A DNA stretch of 34,706 nt from a virus, in IMG/VR virus record IMGVR_UViG_3300045988_070092; one strand, written 5' to 3'. The notes under the pieces were generated by a model. That model was not told where the DNA came from. It made no database searches and worked only from the letters and a program-made list of their open reading frames with translations. Below, piece after piece: positions 7,981 through 15,453 of this stretch. A program made the position numbers and the translations under genes. The stretch's first letter is position 1; every line of letters begins with the position of its first letter.

Positions 7981-8154
7981 CTATAGTAATGATTCTGCAT
8001 CAATCTCACGTTCTTTTATCCACTTTCCTATGTCTTTAATCCATTTGTATTCTTCCGAGCACAAGCTCCGGTCTGGAATAATATATCTGCATGGTTTCTT
8101 CGCGTTAGTGCATTCCCAACCATGGTCCGTTCTTTTTGCATATTTACAAGCCAT
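7981..8154 (-). CDS. Small Cys-rich protein (57 aa)
   Basis: I start at MACKYAKRTDHGWEC after AAGGAGACAGAA. The track's extension to 8322 crosses non-coding repeats that are not in codon phase. Confidence 0.6.
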   Translation of the reverse strand: MACKYAKRTDHGWECTNAKKPCRYIIPDRSLCSEEYKWIKDIGKWIKEREIDAESLL

Positions 8155-8170
8155 TTCTGTCTCCTTTCCT

Positions 8171-8234
8171 TGATGGTACCTTTTTAAACGCTCCGTGGTG
8201 CTTAATGGTAGCATTTTGATAGCTCCGTGGTGTT
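8171..8234. repeat. Tandem 32-bp repeat, 2 copies (25/32 identical), each ending in gctccgtggtg
   Basis: Hand alignment of 8171-8202 with 8203-8234. The period is not a multiple of 3. Confidence 0.8.
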
Positions 8235-8267
8235 TTTGTGGTATTTTCGTCCATTTTTGTTCATTTT
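8233..8267. other. Four helically phased T-tracts (starts 8233, 8244, 8254, 8264); predicted intrinsic bend
   Basis: Read directly: tttttgtggtattttcgtccatttttgttcatttt. Confidence 0.7.
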
Positions 8268-8287
8268 CGGGGTAATTTGCCTTTGTT

Positions 8288-8307
8288 TCCCTATATATCC
8301 CTATATA
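8288..8307. repeat. Tandem 10-bp repeat tccctatata x2
   Basis: Read directly. On the minus strand it reads TATATAGGGATATATAGGGA, directly after a GGGGTGTTTTGGAAAACCCC hairpin. Confidence 0.8.
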
Positions 8308-8356
8308 AGCGGGGTTTTCCAAAACACCCCGGAAATGTTATTGTTACTCTACTATG

Positions 8357-8653
8357 TTATTTTCCGATTGCATCCTGAAGCATTTTATCTAAGCGATCAG
8401 ATATGACTGGTGCTTTCTTTTCTGATGCTTCAAGCATTTCTGCTGTAATCTTCCGTATACCGCCTAATTCATGATTCTGTAAGCCTTCATCATGTTCCTT
8501 TTCCTCGCATTCTATAACTGCAAAATGAAAGTCGCATTCGCTACATACTACGGTTCCATCTCCATAGTATGCGTTTGTTCCCAACACCGCTCTGCATAAT
8601 GGACAATAGTTTATTCTACTACTGTCAGCAATTCCACTTATATATCCTCGCAT
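8357..8653 (-). CDS. Zinc-ribbon protein
   Basis: 98 aa. CPLC...CSEC pairs. Confidence 0.7.
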   Translation of the reverse strand: MRGYISGIADSSRINYCPLCRAVLGTNAYYGDGTVVCSECDFHFAVIECEEKEHDEGLQNHELGGIRKITAEMLEASEKKAPVISDRLDKMLQDAIGK

Positions 8654-8684
8654 CTTTTTCTCCTTGATAGCACATTTCCGTAGG

Positions 8685-8939
8685 CTATTGGCTCTCGACT
8701 ACATTTAAGATTCTCTCGACTGCCTTGTCCCAAAAGATTCTTAAGAAATCGTCAAGTGTGGCAAATTCATATTTATCATCTTCCAATCCTACTTCGTCTG
8801 GGCATCTTGTGTCGCTTCCAAGTTCTTCAAGTGTTTCTGCTGTAATTTCCTGCACAATATCTTCTGTTCCAGAATACTCACAGTCGTAACTGCAGCATTC
8901 TCTCAACTCTTCCATATCTTGTTTTGTTAATTTGCTCAT
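8685..8939 (-). CDS. Highly acidic small protein (84 aa)
   Basis: I start at MSKLTKQD after AAGGAGGGTACAC. Hand count: 24 D/E versus 8 K/R. Confidence 0.7.
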   Translation of the reverse strand: MSKLTKQDMEELRECCSYDCEYSGTEDIVQEITAETLEELGSDTRCPDEVGLEDDKYEFATLDDFLRIFWDKAVERILNVVESQ

Positions 8940-8950
8940 GTGTACCCTCC

Positions 8951-9328
8951 TTAATGTGGTTTTTCTTTCATTGGCTTTCCTTTTTCGTAGACGGTGCAAT
9001 TATCGGCTGTGCAGTAATGACTTCTGGAAAATTTGTGGAATGCTCCGTAATTACAGAAGCTGACGGGGTATCTTGCACGCCATTTACAAGTCTTACATTT
9101 TTTTCTGTCACCGTTCGAGCCTTTTGGTTCTTCTTTTGGTTTTGGCTTTGTTTCCCGCGGCTTTCTCTGTGTTGGGTCTCCTCCCTCTCTTCGAATTCCG
9201 ACTAATCCGTCTGCCGTAATTCTATATTGTACCTGCGTCTGGGTGAGCCCCATCTTTTCTGCTATCTTTCTATTGGTCAGCCCCTGTTCTACCAGGGACC
9301 TTAATAGCTCTTTGTCATATTCTTTCAT
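8951..9328 (-). CDS. HTH (LuxR/sigma region-4-like) DNA-binding protein with a Cys-rich C-terminus
   Basis: 125 aa. LTNRKIAEKMGLTQTQVQYRI, then a basic linker, then CKTCKW...C...C..C. Confidence 0.7.
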   Translation of the reverse strand: MKEYDKELLRSLVEQGLTNRKIAEKMGLTQTQVQYRITADGLVGIRREGGDPTQRKPRETKPKPKEEPKGSNGDRKKCKTCKWRARYPVSFCNYGAFHKFSRSHYCTADNCTVYEKGKPMKEKPH

Positions 9329-9447
9329 GTAGCCATCCCCTTTCTCGCTTTCCGGAACAACTTGGCTTTCTCAGCATGGTACCGGATCAGTTCCTCAACT
9401 GCTGCCATCTGCGCTACTTCTACCTGGTGTTGTTCATAGATTTTCAA
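9325..9447 (-). CDS. Possible 40-aa ORF (TTG start)
   Basis: Hand translation: KIYEQHQVEVAQMAAVEELIRYHAEKAKLFRKARKGMAT. Its stop overlaps the next ATG (ATGA). Confidence 0.3.
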   Translation of the reverse strand: MKIYEQHQVEVAQMAAVEELIRYHAEKAKLFRKARKGMAT

Positions 9448-9449
9448 AT

Positions 9450-9581
9450 CTATAGCTCGTCCTGTTCTGTCATTTTGAGATAGAATCCCACCGATATAAA
9501 GCTCTCTGCTATATCGTTTAATAGTGCTTTTATGATTATCGTCATCTCGTCCAATGACTCGGTTACTCTTATTTCATCCAT
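9450..9581 (-). CDS. Possible 43-aa ORF
   Basis: The ATG follows the stop of the upstream ORF (TAATATG). Hand translation: MDEIRVTESLDEMTIIIKALLNDIAESFISVGFYLKMTEQDEL. Confidence 0.4.
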   Translation of the reverse strand: MDEIRVTESLDEMTIIIKALLNDIAESFISVGFYLKMTEQDEL

Positions 9582-9582
9582 A

Positions 9583-11538
9583 TTATCCCGCCTTTCTCAT
9601 TTGAATCCGCTTTTTGAATGTATTCATAAACTTTTTTACATCTTCTCCCGGATCTTTGTTGTACTTCCCACGCACCTGGATCACTTCTCCCTCTCTGACC
9701 TCGACCGTGTAATAACTCTCTTCCGGTTCTTCCTTTTTTCTGATAAAAAGAATACAGGTCTCTCCGGATACCATTCTATCTATATAAGTCGCTACACAAT
9801 GGTGCTGGTTCTGCCCTTCCTGCCTGATTTCTCTTACTCTTTTTGGTAATCTCATCAACAGGTCATCCGTCTCCATTTCGTAGGCTTTCCATCCACGCCT
9901 TTTTATCATCTCTCTTAACGTTCCGTCCTTTTGGTCGTCTTTCTTTCCCTGCAATTCTATTTTTCTTTCTTCCTGCTCTTGCACGAGCTGATCATGACGT
10001 TCTTTTAAGTTCTTTGGATATAATGTATATGGGTCGTCCATGTTGTATCCCAAGATTGCGGCCATCTGTAGATAATCGTGATAATCCGTGACTGTCTGTC
10101 TATCCCCGTCATTCCATTTTCTTGTGGTATTTTCCCGGATATATCTAAGCATCTTATGTGGTGTTGTATGCCTCATGTATATTGCGAAATCCCTGCCAAA
10201 TTTAGACATTTCCTGAACCTGTTCCCATGTTACCCGGATTCCTGCCTGCTGGCAGTTATACAGTGCACTATATTCGCTCATGTATGGGTCTTTCTTTTTG
10301 ATGAGATTGTAATATTCGCCTTGAAGTCCCAGCACTTTTCTTAATTTCTTTTCTCTCAAGGAAAGCAGTGCATGATTTCCTCTGTCAATGCAGTCTGCAG
10401 TCAGATTGTAATATCCTGCTTTTACCAGTTTTTCGATTCCCTGATATTCCTTTGCCGTATCTATGTAATTCTGTTGGTAAAATGGAATATTCTGGCGGGC
10501 AAATTCCGGTAATCCTGAGTATTCCAATTTACTTCCTTTTAGCGCCCTTTTTAAATTTCGCGGATATAGGACTGCTTTTCCTTCTTCTTTTCTTTCTCCC
10601 CAATAATATCCTCCGAACTCATATCCATTACACCAGCGCACCTTATTCGTGGTCTTATATCTGTGGTAAGAATAAATGTATCGTCTATACCACAAGTCGT
10701 CGTATGTGATCCTTATACTTTCGTAGATGTTAAATTCCGTTCTTTCTCCTGCACGTATTCGCTGGTATACATGGAAGTACCGGAACACGAATCCGGCCGG
10801 AGTTTTCTGAATCAGTGCAGCGCCCGATTCATCCTTAATATTTGGGCTCTTTTTATAAGTTTTGTAGATAACTTTTCTCTTGCAGTATTTGCATTTCCCT
10901 TCCTGCCCGTACTTATGACCGGACAGTTCCTGCATCTTTCCGCAACAGGTGCATCGTCCTATTTTCTTTCCTGATTCGTAATACATGTATTGCGGAACGG
11001 CATCTTTTTTCGCCCATTCTTCAAAATCTTTCGGAATCTCTGGAATGATTGCCATCTCATCATCAATCCGATCCGTTTCTTTCCGATGCTTTTCGTACTG
11101 CTGCCACCCAAGGATTGCACTATGCAGGCTCTCTTCTCCATTCTTTGTAAAATCTTTTATAGTTTTACGGTCTTTTTCTGTAATCCAGTATGTCTGATAC
11201 GCGGCACTCTCGCCGTCATTGTAACTCACTCCAAACTGCAGGTTCTCAATGGTGGCTGTGCGCCACTTTCCTTCAATCGTCTCGTATGTATCGTACTTTC
11301 CATCATGTAAAAATATCCGAAATGCTGGGCGAGATGTTTTTAATCTTAAGTCCCTGTAGTAAAATACATCGACTTCCAATATTCCTTGTGTTTTTCTGGC
11401 TCTGTAGAATTTTCTGTATTTCGGTCCGGTGACTGATGGACGCTGATAACGATCATACTCCTCTTCGAGCCATGCTTTTTCGTACATTTCTTTTGTGGCT
11501 TTCATAGCTGGAAGCTTTAATAATTCGCTCTTTTTCAT
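9583..11538 (-). CDS. PcfJ-like protein with an internal zinc ribbon
   Basis: I start at MKKSELLK after GGAGGCGTAAGT. C-terminal ..EIRQEGQNQHHCVATYIDRMVSGETCILFIRKK.. is the PcfJ-type signature. CTCCGK...CKYCKRK zinc ribbon. Confidence 0.75.
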   Translation of the reverse strand: MKKSELLKLPAMKATKEMYEKAWLEEEYDRYQRPSVTGPKYRKFYRARKTQGILEVDVFYYRDLRLKTSRPAFRIFLHDGKYDTYETIEGKWRTATIENLQFGVSYNDGESAAYQTYWITEKDRKTIKDFTKNGEESLHSAILGWQQYEKHRKETDRIDDEMAIIPEIPKDFEEWAKKDAVPQYMYYESGKKIGRCTCCGKMQELSGHKYGQEGKCKYCKRKVIYKTYKKSPNIKDESGAALIQKTPAGFVFRYFHVYQRIRAGERTEFNIYESIRITYDDLWYRRYIYSYHRYKTTNKVRWCNGYEFGGYYWGERKEEGKAVLYPRNLKRALKGSKLEYSGLPEFARQNIPFYQQNYIDTAKEYQGIEKLVKAGYYNLTADCIDRGNHALLSLREKKLRKVLGLQGEYYNLIKKKDPYMSEYSALYNCQQAGIRVTWEQVQEMSKFGRDFAIYMRHTTPHKMLRYIRENTTRKWNDGDRQTVTDYHDYLQMAAILGYNMDDPYTLYPKNLKERHDQLVQEQEERKIELQGKKDDQKDGTLREMIKRRGWKAYEMETDDLLMRLPKRVREIRQEGQNQHHCVATYIDRMVSGETCILFIRKKEEPEESYYTVEVREGEVIQVRGKYNKDPGEDVKKFMNTFKKRIQMRKAG

Positions 11539-11540
11539 AC

Positions 11541-11981
11541 TTACGCCTCCAGGAAGTAATCTCTTGCCCATTCAAATACTGTCATATCTGCCACATAATG
11601 TTTTCCAGTATCCTTCTGGATCTTTTTGCAATTATCCTCAATCACTTTCATGCAGTTTTTTACGGATCTTGTGCGCCGTCGCACACATACCGCAAAGTGT
11701 TCGTCAACGCATTGACTCTTCAGATAGTCCAGAATCGGCTCAACCGGAATCTGATTATTTTTATAGTCCGCCGCCTCAATGTCCAGTTTTCCAATGGCTG
11801 CATTCATGCAGTCTGTCAGCTCTTTCGAACGTCCCTCTATCATGTCCTGCGCGAAAAATTCCGGAATACCGTTCTCTTTTGCAAGTTCCTTGATTCTTTC
11901 GGCATCCCCTTCCTGCAGTAACCCTAACGCACATGCATTGATTTCTTCTATGGAGTCCATATTTCCGAAAATATCATACAT
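11541..11981 (-). CDS. PcfK-like protein
   Basis: I start at MYDIFGNM after AGGAGGATAAGGAGA. ..ILDYLKSQCVDEHFAVCV..SVKNCMKVIEDNCKK..VADMTVFEWARDYF resembles PcfK-family proteins. Confidence 0.65.
   Translation of the reverse strand: MYDIFGNMDSIEEINACALGLLQEGDAERIKELAKENGIPEFFAQDMIEGRSKELTDCMNAAIGKLDIEAADYKNNQIPVEPILDYLKSQCVDEHFAVCVRRRTRSVKNCMKVIEDNCKKIQKDTGKHYVADMTVFEWARDYFLEA
11670..11685. promoter_or_regulatory. Palindrome copy D (minus strand: TGTGCGACGGCGCACA), inside the PcfK-like ORF
   Basis: 15/16 match to the perfect copy at 18788-18803. Confidence 0.45.
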
Positions 11982-12183
11982 TCTCCTTATCCTCCTTCGC
12001 CATTTCAATTCCGTAACTCGCCGTGTCATGAATTAATCTTTCTGCCATTTCCGGCAGCATATCCGTTTCCAGCATTCCTTCATACATGGACTTGGTTATC
12101 ATTATGTATTCTCCCAGTGTTTCTTTTCCCGTTCCTTCCACTTTTGCATGGGTTTTATCTCCATTCGTTTTCGCTTCGATCAT
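11974..12183 (-). CDS. Hypothetical protein (69 aa)
   Basis: I start at MIEAKTNG, coupled to the upstream stop (ATGA) after AAGGAGAGAAAG. Confidence 0.6.
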   Translation of the reverse strand: MIEAKTNGDKTHAKVEGTGKETLGEYIMITKSMYEGMLETDMLPEMAERLIHDTASYGIEMAKEDKENV

Positions 12184-12605
12184 CTTTCTCTCCTTTTCAT
12201 TTCCGTGTCCAGCCATTCGCTATAGCTGTGTCTGCCTTCTTCTGTGTGGATTTCCTGCCCTTGTATCCGCTCGTACACTTCTTCCCATAACTCTGCGTGC
12301 TTGATCGGCTCGCTCTTGGCATTCAAATAGTTATTGCCCGCCCATTTCTCTAACTGGGTACCGAGCATGTTCAGGACGAAACGGTCTTCTGTGTGGATAT
12401 GGACTTCACAGCTCTGATTAAGCCTGTCCAGTGCGTCAGACAGTGACCTTAATGTCGCCTCGTGATATGTACCGAATATATGCCCGAATCCGTTTACAGT
12501 TTTCTCCTCACCGTTCTTTATACAGGCGACCACGTAACCGTGCCACCTTTCGTCTTTACTAAGGCTGGCAGTACTTTGAGCGAGATAAATATCTACTTTG
12601 TACAC
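12180..12605 (-). CDS. RNase H-like domain protein
   Basis: 141 aa. ..GTYHEATLRSLSDALDRL..CEVHIHTEDRFVLNML...W..NNYLNAKSEPIKHAELWEEV follows the RNase HI layout. Confidence 0.6.
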   Translation of the reverse strand: MYKVDIYLAQSTASLSKDERWHGYVVACIKNGEEKTVNGFGHIFGTYHEATLRSLSDALDRLNQSCEVHIHTEDRFVLNMLGTQLEKWAGNNYLNAKSEPIKHAELWEEVYERIQGQEIHTEEGRHSYSEWLDTEMKRRER

Positions 12606-12799
12606 GCCTGTTCCTCCAGTTCTCTTTTTCTTTTCTCGTTAGCTTCGATGCGGTCTCTCATGACCATGACCGCTTTCGCAATTGCCATATCTGCCAATGC
12701 TCTGGTGTCCAATACCGGCTCCATGCCATGTTCCTTGTTCCAGGCGTTATACACGCGCCCAAACTCTTTCAAAAGCGTCTCATTCACTTCAGCTTTCAC
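12593..12799 (-). CDS. Hypothetical protein (68 aa)
   Basis: ORF from the track, tightly packed between rep and the RNase H-like gene. Confidence 0.6.
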   Translation of the reverse strand: MKAEVNETLLKEFGRVYNAWNKEHGMEPVLDTRALADMAIAKAVMVMRDRIEANEKRKRELEEQACTK

Positions 12800-12800
12800 T

Positions 12801-13562
12801 TTAAATCCTCCTGTTCAATCGTATTTGCGTGACTCTTCGGAATCTATAGCCTGTGGCCGGGTTGATTCCTTCATGCATGTGAGCTATATAATACCCAGCC
12901 CTTGGTTTTACCTTTTTCTTCCATCTCGTCATCTTTTTTACTCTTGCTTCCGGAAGCGGCATATTCCGGGAGGTGGAATAATTCGATTCCTTGACTCTCG
13001 GCTTTCCCTCGGTGCCATCTTTCTTGGTTTCTGTAGTTCTCTCATCTTTTGTCATGTATGAGGAAAGCTTCGTGAAATCCTCATCATAACTCTTTGAATC
13101 CTTGATCGATTCTATATAGACGCCTCCGTGCTCCCAGACTTTCTGAATAAGGCTTGCTGTGTTGCCAGTGTTGTTGACTATCAAGTGGATGTGCCACGCT
13201 CCGCGAGTACCCATTTCAATATTGCGGATCCAGTACAGCTCAATACCTCTCTTTTTGTACTCTGTCCGGATTTTTCTGATAAACTTCGAAAAGTCTTTTT
13301 TTGCTGATGCCATGTCCGGTGGACGTTCCTCCACCTTGTATGTCAAGGTGGCGAATAGGTCTCCCTCCCGGAAATATGTCAGCATTCTCTGTCTGCATCG
13401 CTTCTCTTTATTCCTTTTATTAACTCTCTCCATTTCTTCCGGAGTTGCCTTTTTTCTTTTTATCCTTTTTTCTCCAGGAGCGCCATATTTTCCATCGTGA
13501 AATTCTTCCGTGTCAATGATGTCTCCTCCCCGAAAAGAATATGTTTTCTTTTTTATAGCCAT
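12801..13562 (-). CDS. rep: Rolling-circle replication initiator (HUH endonuclease)
   Basis: 253 aa. Motif 1 FATLTY, HUH motif AWHIHLIVNN, and a Tyr motif LSSYMTKD in the canonical order and spacing. SD GAGGAA. Confidence 0.75.
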   Translation of the reverse strand: MAIKKKTYSFRGGDIIDTEEFHDGKYGAPGEKRIKRKKATPEEMERVNKRNKEKRCRQRMLTYFREGDLFATLTYKVEERPPDMASAKKDFSKFIRKIRTEYKKRGIELYWIRNIEMGTRGAWHIHLIVNNTGNTASLIQKVWEHGGVYIESIKDSKSYDEDFTKLSSYMTKDERTTETKKDGTEGKPRVKESNYSTSRNMPLPEARVKKMTRWKKKVKPRAGYYIAHMHEGINPATGYRFRRVTQIRLNRRI

Positions 13563-13641
13563 GTGTGTTCCTCGTCTTAATCTGTCCTAAAATTAATAGC
13601 CTAATGGACTATTTAAAAGGGTTGTTATGCCCTTTATTTCC

Positions 13642-13670
13642 TTGACTTTTCCGCATCATTCAGCTATACT
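13642..13670 (+). promoter_or_regulatory. Sigma70-type promoter TTGACT-N17-TATACT on the plus strand
   Basis: -35 at 13642-13647, 17-nt spacer, -10 at 13665-13670. No plus-strand ORF lies downstream. Confidence 0.55.
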
Positions 13671-13676
13671 ATAATT

Positions 13677-13755
13677 GTTTTTAGTTAGCTGAACTTCCAG
13701 TGGGATTGGAAGGGCGAAAAAGGAATTTGTTGACGCAAGTTCCTTTTTCTTTTTT
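13677..13755 (+). ncRNA. Candidate ~80-nt small RNA (promoter to terminator), antisense to the region upstream of rep
   Basis: Bounded by the 13642 promoter and the 13717-13760 terminator. Contains the hairpin cttcca-gtgggat-tggaag (13694-13712). No ATG. Confidence 0.35.
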
Positions 13756-13760
13756 ATTTT
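13717..13760. terminator. Bidirectional intrinsic terminator
   Basis: 9-bp stem aaaaaggaa/ttccttttt (13717-13725 and 13740-13748) with inner pairs. T-runs follow on both strands (plus: cttttttatttt; minus: TTTTTCG). Confidence 0.7.
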
Positions 13761-13975
13761 ACATACCTGACCGCCTTATTGACTATGTACGCTGCTGTCA
13801 CGATGATTAATCCGGCCACGATTCTTGTCCCTCCTGGGAGTAATGCCGGACTACTGTTTGTCATATGACTTACACCTATCCAGGTGGCTGCCATTCCGAT
13901 GACTCCGACCGTCTCCGTGACTGCTCTTACTGCCTTACAAATCAATATCTTTCGCTTGTGCGCTTTAATACCCAT
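13754..13975 (-). CDS. Small membrane protein with 2 predicted TM helices
   Basis: I start at MGIKAHKRK after GAAGGTGGTG. Hydrophobic stretches VGVIGMAATWIGV and IVAGLIIVTAAYIV. Confidence 0.65.
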   Translation of the reverse strand: MGIKAHKRKILICKAVRAVTETVGVIGMAATWIGVSHMTNSSPALLPGGTRIVAGLIIVTAAYIVNKAVRYVK

Positions 13976-14210
13976 TTTTCTTACACCACCTTCTATACTC
14001 AATATCCAGCCTTGCTTCCTGGATCACCGATTCTAATGCTCGGAGCTTGGCTATTTCTGTTCGTCTTCCTACTTGACAGACTTCCATGCTTTCACAGTGT
14101 TTTCTCTGTTCTGCTGCATGCCGGAACAGTATCTCTTCTATTTTTCTCACATTACACCTGCTCTCTGCTTCCTTACTTTTTGCTGGAGCTTGATGTCTTT
14201 CTGCCTCCAT
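13965..14210 (-). CDS. Hypothetical protein; start uncertain
   Basis: 81-aa ORF from the track, overlapping both neighbours. Poor SD. Confidence 0.4.
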   Translation of the reverse strand: MEAERHQAPAKSKEAESRCNVRKIEEILFRHAAEQRKHCESMEVCQVGRRTEIAKLRALESVIQEARLDIEYRRWCKKNGY

Positions 14211-14386
14211 TCCTCGAGGCCTTCGGTATCGTAAAAGAATTTGCTATTTTGTACTGCGGGATCATCCTGCCACGCGAACGTCTGCCCTGTCGATGCAAAC
14301 GCTCTTATCAAATATTTCTCTGTAAATCCCATCTTCATCAATTCAGAACGTGACATTATTTTTTTTGGATATTCCATGGTTATCAT
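14147..14386 (-). CDS. Small DNA-binding protein (excisionase/HTH_17-like)
   Basis: 79 aa. MSRSELMKMGFTEKYLIRAF...FAWQ....NSKFFYDTEGLEEWR resembles excisionase-type wHTH proteins. Confidence 0.5.
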   Translation of the reverse strand: MITMEYPKKIMSRSELMKMGFTEKYLIRAFASTGQTFAWQDDPAVQNSKFFYDTEGLEEWRQKDIKLQQKVRKQRAGVM

Positions 14387-14622
14387 CCTCTTTTCTTTTT
14401 TATTTCTACATTTTCTAGATCTTTTGACAAAAGTTCTGCAAATCTTTTAGAGCATCTCATACCTATCTCAGGTTCTCTGTATGCAATTTCTTTCCACGCT
14501 CTCTCGCACCCTTTCTTGAGTTCTTTGTAAGTCTGGCTCTCACCTCTGATTCGCTTATATTCCGCATCAATACTTTTGAATATTTCCTCCAACAATCTGT
14601 TTTTGCTCACGCTCTTTCTCAC
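14383..14622 (-). CDS. Hypothetical protein (GTG start)
   Basis: 79-aa ORF. Its GTG overlaps the TGA of the questionable ORF 14619-14831 (GTGA). Confidence 0.55.
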   Translation of the reverse strand: MRKSVSKNRLLEEIFKSIDAEYKRIRGESQTYKELKKGCERAWKEIAYREPEIGMRCSKRFAELLSKDLENVEIKKKRG

Positions 14623-14627
14623 CTCTC

Positions 14628-14657
14628 TTGCATTATTTTTCTCCTTCTTTTATACTT
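14628..14657 (+). promoter_or_regulatory. Candidate promoter TTGCAT-N18-TATACT for 14692-15192
   Basis: Read directly. The -10 lies in a 10-bp direct repeat ttttatactt (14648-14657 and 14660-14669). Confidence 0.45.
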
Positions 14658-14691
14658 GTTTTTATACTTAGTATTTCGAAAGGATGTTGCT

Positions 14692-15192
14692 ATGAATTTT
14701 GTTAAATCTATTCTTACTCGCGATAACATCACGCTTTTTCTATCCATTTGTGGTGCTCTTGGTAGCTTGTTTCTTTTTATTCGCACCCGAATCTTAGAAA
14801 AAGTCGACATCGATGTTAAAATCCCTGGCATTTGTAAACCTGAAATGGGTTCTCTTATTGCTTATTTCACATTTGCAAATAACTCGCGCTTGCCAGTTTC
14901 TATCACTGGAATTTCCATCGTTTGTGGCGAAGATCTGTATCCTTGTGAAAATATTTCAGATTACATTATCAATGTCACCTACAGTTCTGGTGATTGGCCA
15001 CAATCTACGATTCAAAATATTCCGTTGCCGATCCATCTCCCAGCGTTAGGGGCTGCTTGCGGATATGTATCTTTTGCTGTTCCTTCAAAAGATTTTCAAT
15101 TTCCTTCCAAGCTTCTGACGATTCGATTGTCGACCAATCGGAACCAAATAATCGAAAAGACACTTGAACCCGAGACTCTTCTCGATCTATAA
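14692..15192 (+). CDS. N-terminally membrane-anchored beta-rich protein (Sie-like architecture)
   Basis: I start at MNFVKSILTRDN after GAAAGGATGTTGCT. TM helix ITLFLSICGALGSLFLFI. One of only three plus-strand genes. Confidence 0.7.
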   Translation: MNFVKSILTRDNITLFLSICGALGSLFLFIRTRILEKVDIDVKIPGICKPEMGSLIAYFTFANNSRLPVSITGISIVCGEDLYPCENISDYIINVTYSSGDWPQSTIQNIPLPIHLPALGAACGYVSFAVPSKDFQFPSKLLTIRLSTNRNQIIEKTLEPETLLDL

Positions 15193-15412
15193 CGCGAACC
15201 TCCGAAACAAAAACATCATACATATCTGCCTCGTGTATTGTATTTGGGAGCTCTATTTCAACTCCATTAAGCAGCTCCCAAATACGATTTTGTGCCTGTG
15301 CCAATAGCTTCGATGCTTTTTCCAGCTTTTTATTTGCTCCGTATCCTTCTCTTAGCACTTTTATCGGTCCCTTTCCTCTTTTTATGTTTATTAGTGTTGT
15401 TTTCTTTAACAT
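15005..15412 (-). CDS. Hypothetical protein; its 3' 188 nt are antisense to 14692-15192
   Basis: 135-aa ORF from the track. The sequence looks protein-like throughout. Confidence 0.55.
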   Translation of the reverse strand: MLKKTTLINIKRGKGPIKVLREGYGANKKLEKASKLLAQAQNRIWELLNGVEIELPNTIHEADMYDVFVSEVRVIDREESRVQVSFRLFGSDWSTIESSEAWKEIENLLKEQQKIHIRKQPLTLGDGSATEYFES

Positions 15413-15453
15413 CTTTCTCGCCTCATTTCTCTAATACTTGCTAAAAATTAATT

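Noticed and set aside
8155-8322. N-terminal extension of ORF 7981-8322.
   Set aside because: It is encoded by 32-bp and 10-bp tandem repeats whose period is out of codon phase. A strong SD precedes the internal Met at 8154.
9325-9581. Programmed frameshift or pseudogene joining the 43-aa ORF to the long ATG-less overlapping frame.
   Set aside because: There is no X XXY YYZ slippery site in phase. A TTG start with an upstream purine-rich stretch explains the second ORF. The question remains unresolved without homologs.
14619-14831. 70-aa basic minus-strand ORF as a gene.
   Set aside because: It is antisense to the better-supported plus-strand gene and has a weak SD. The GTGA overlap with the next gene keeps it as a possibility (see the overlap finding).
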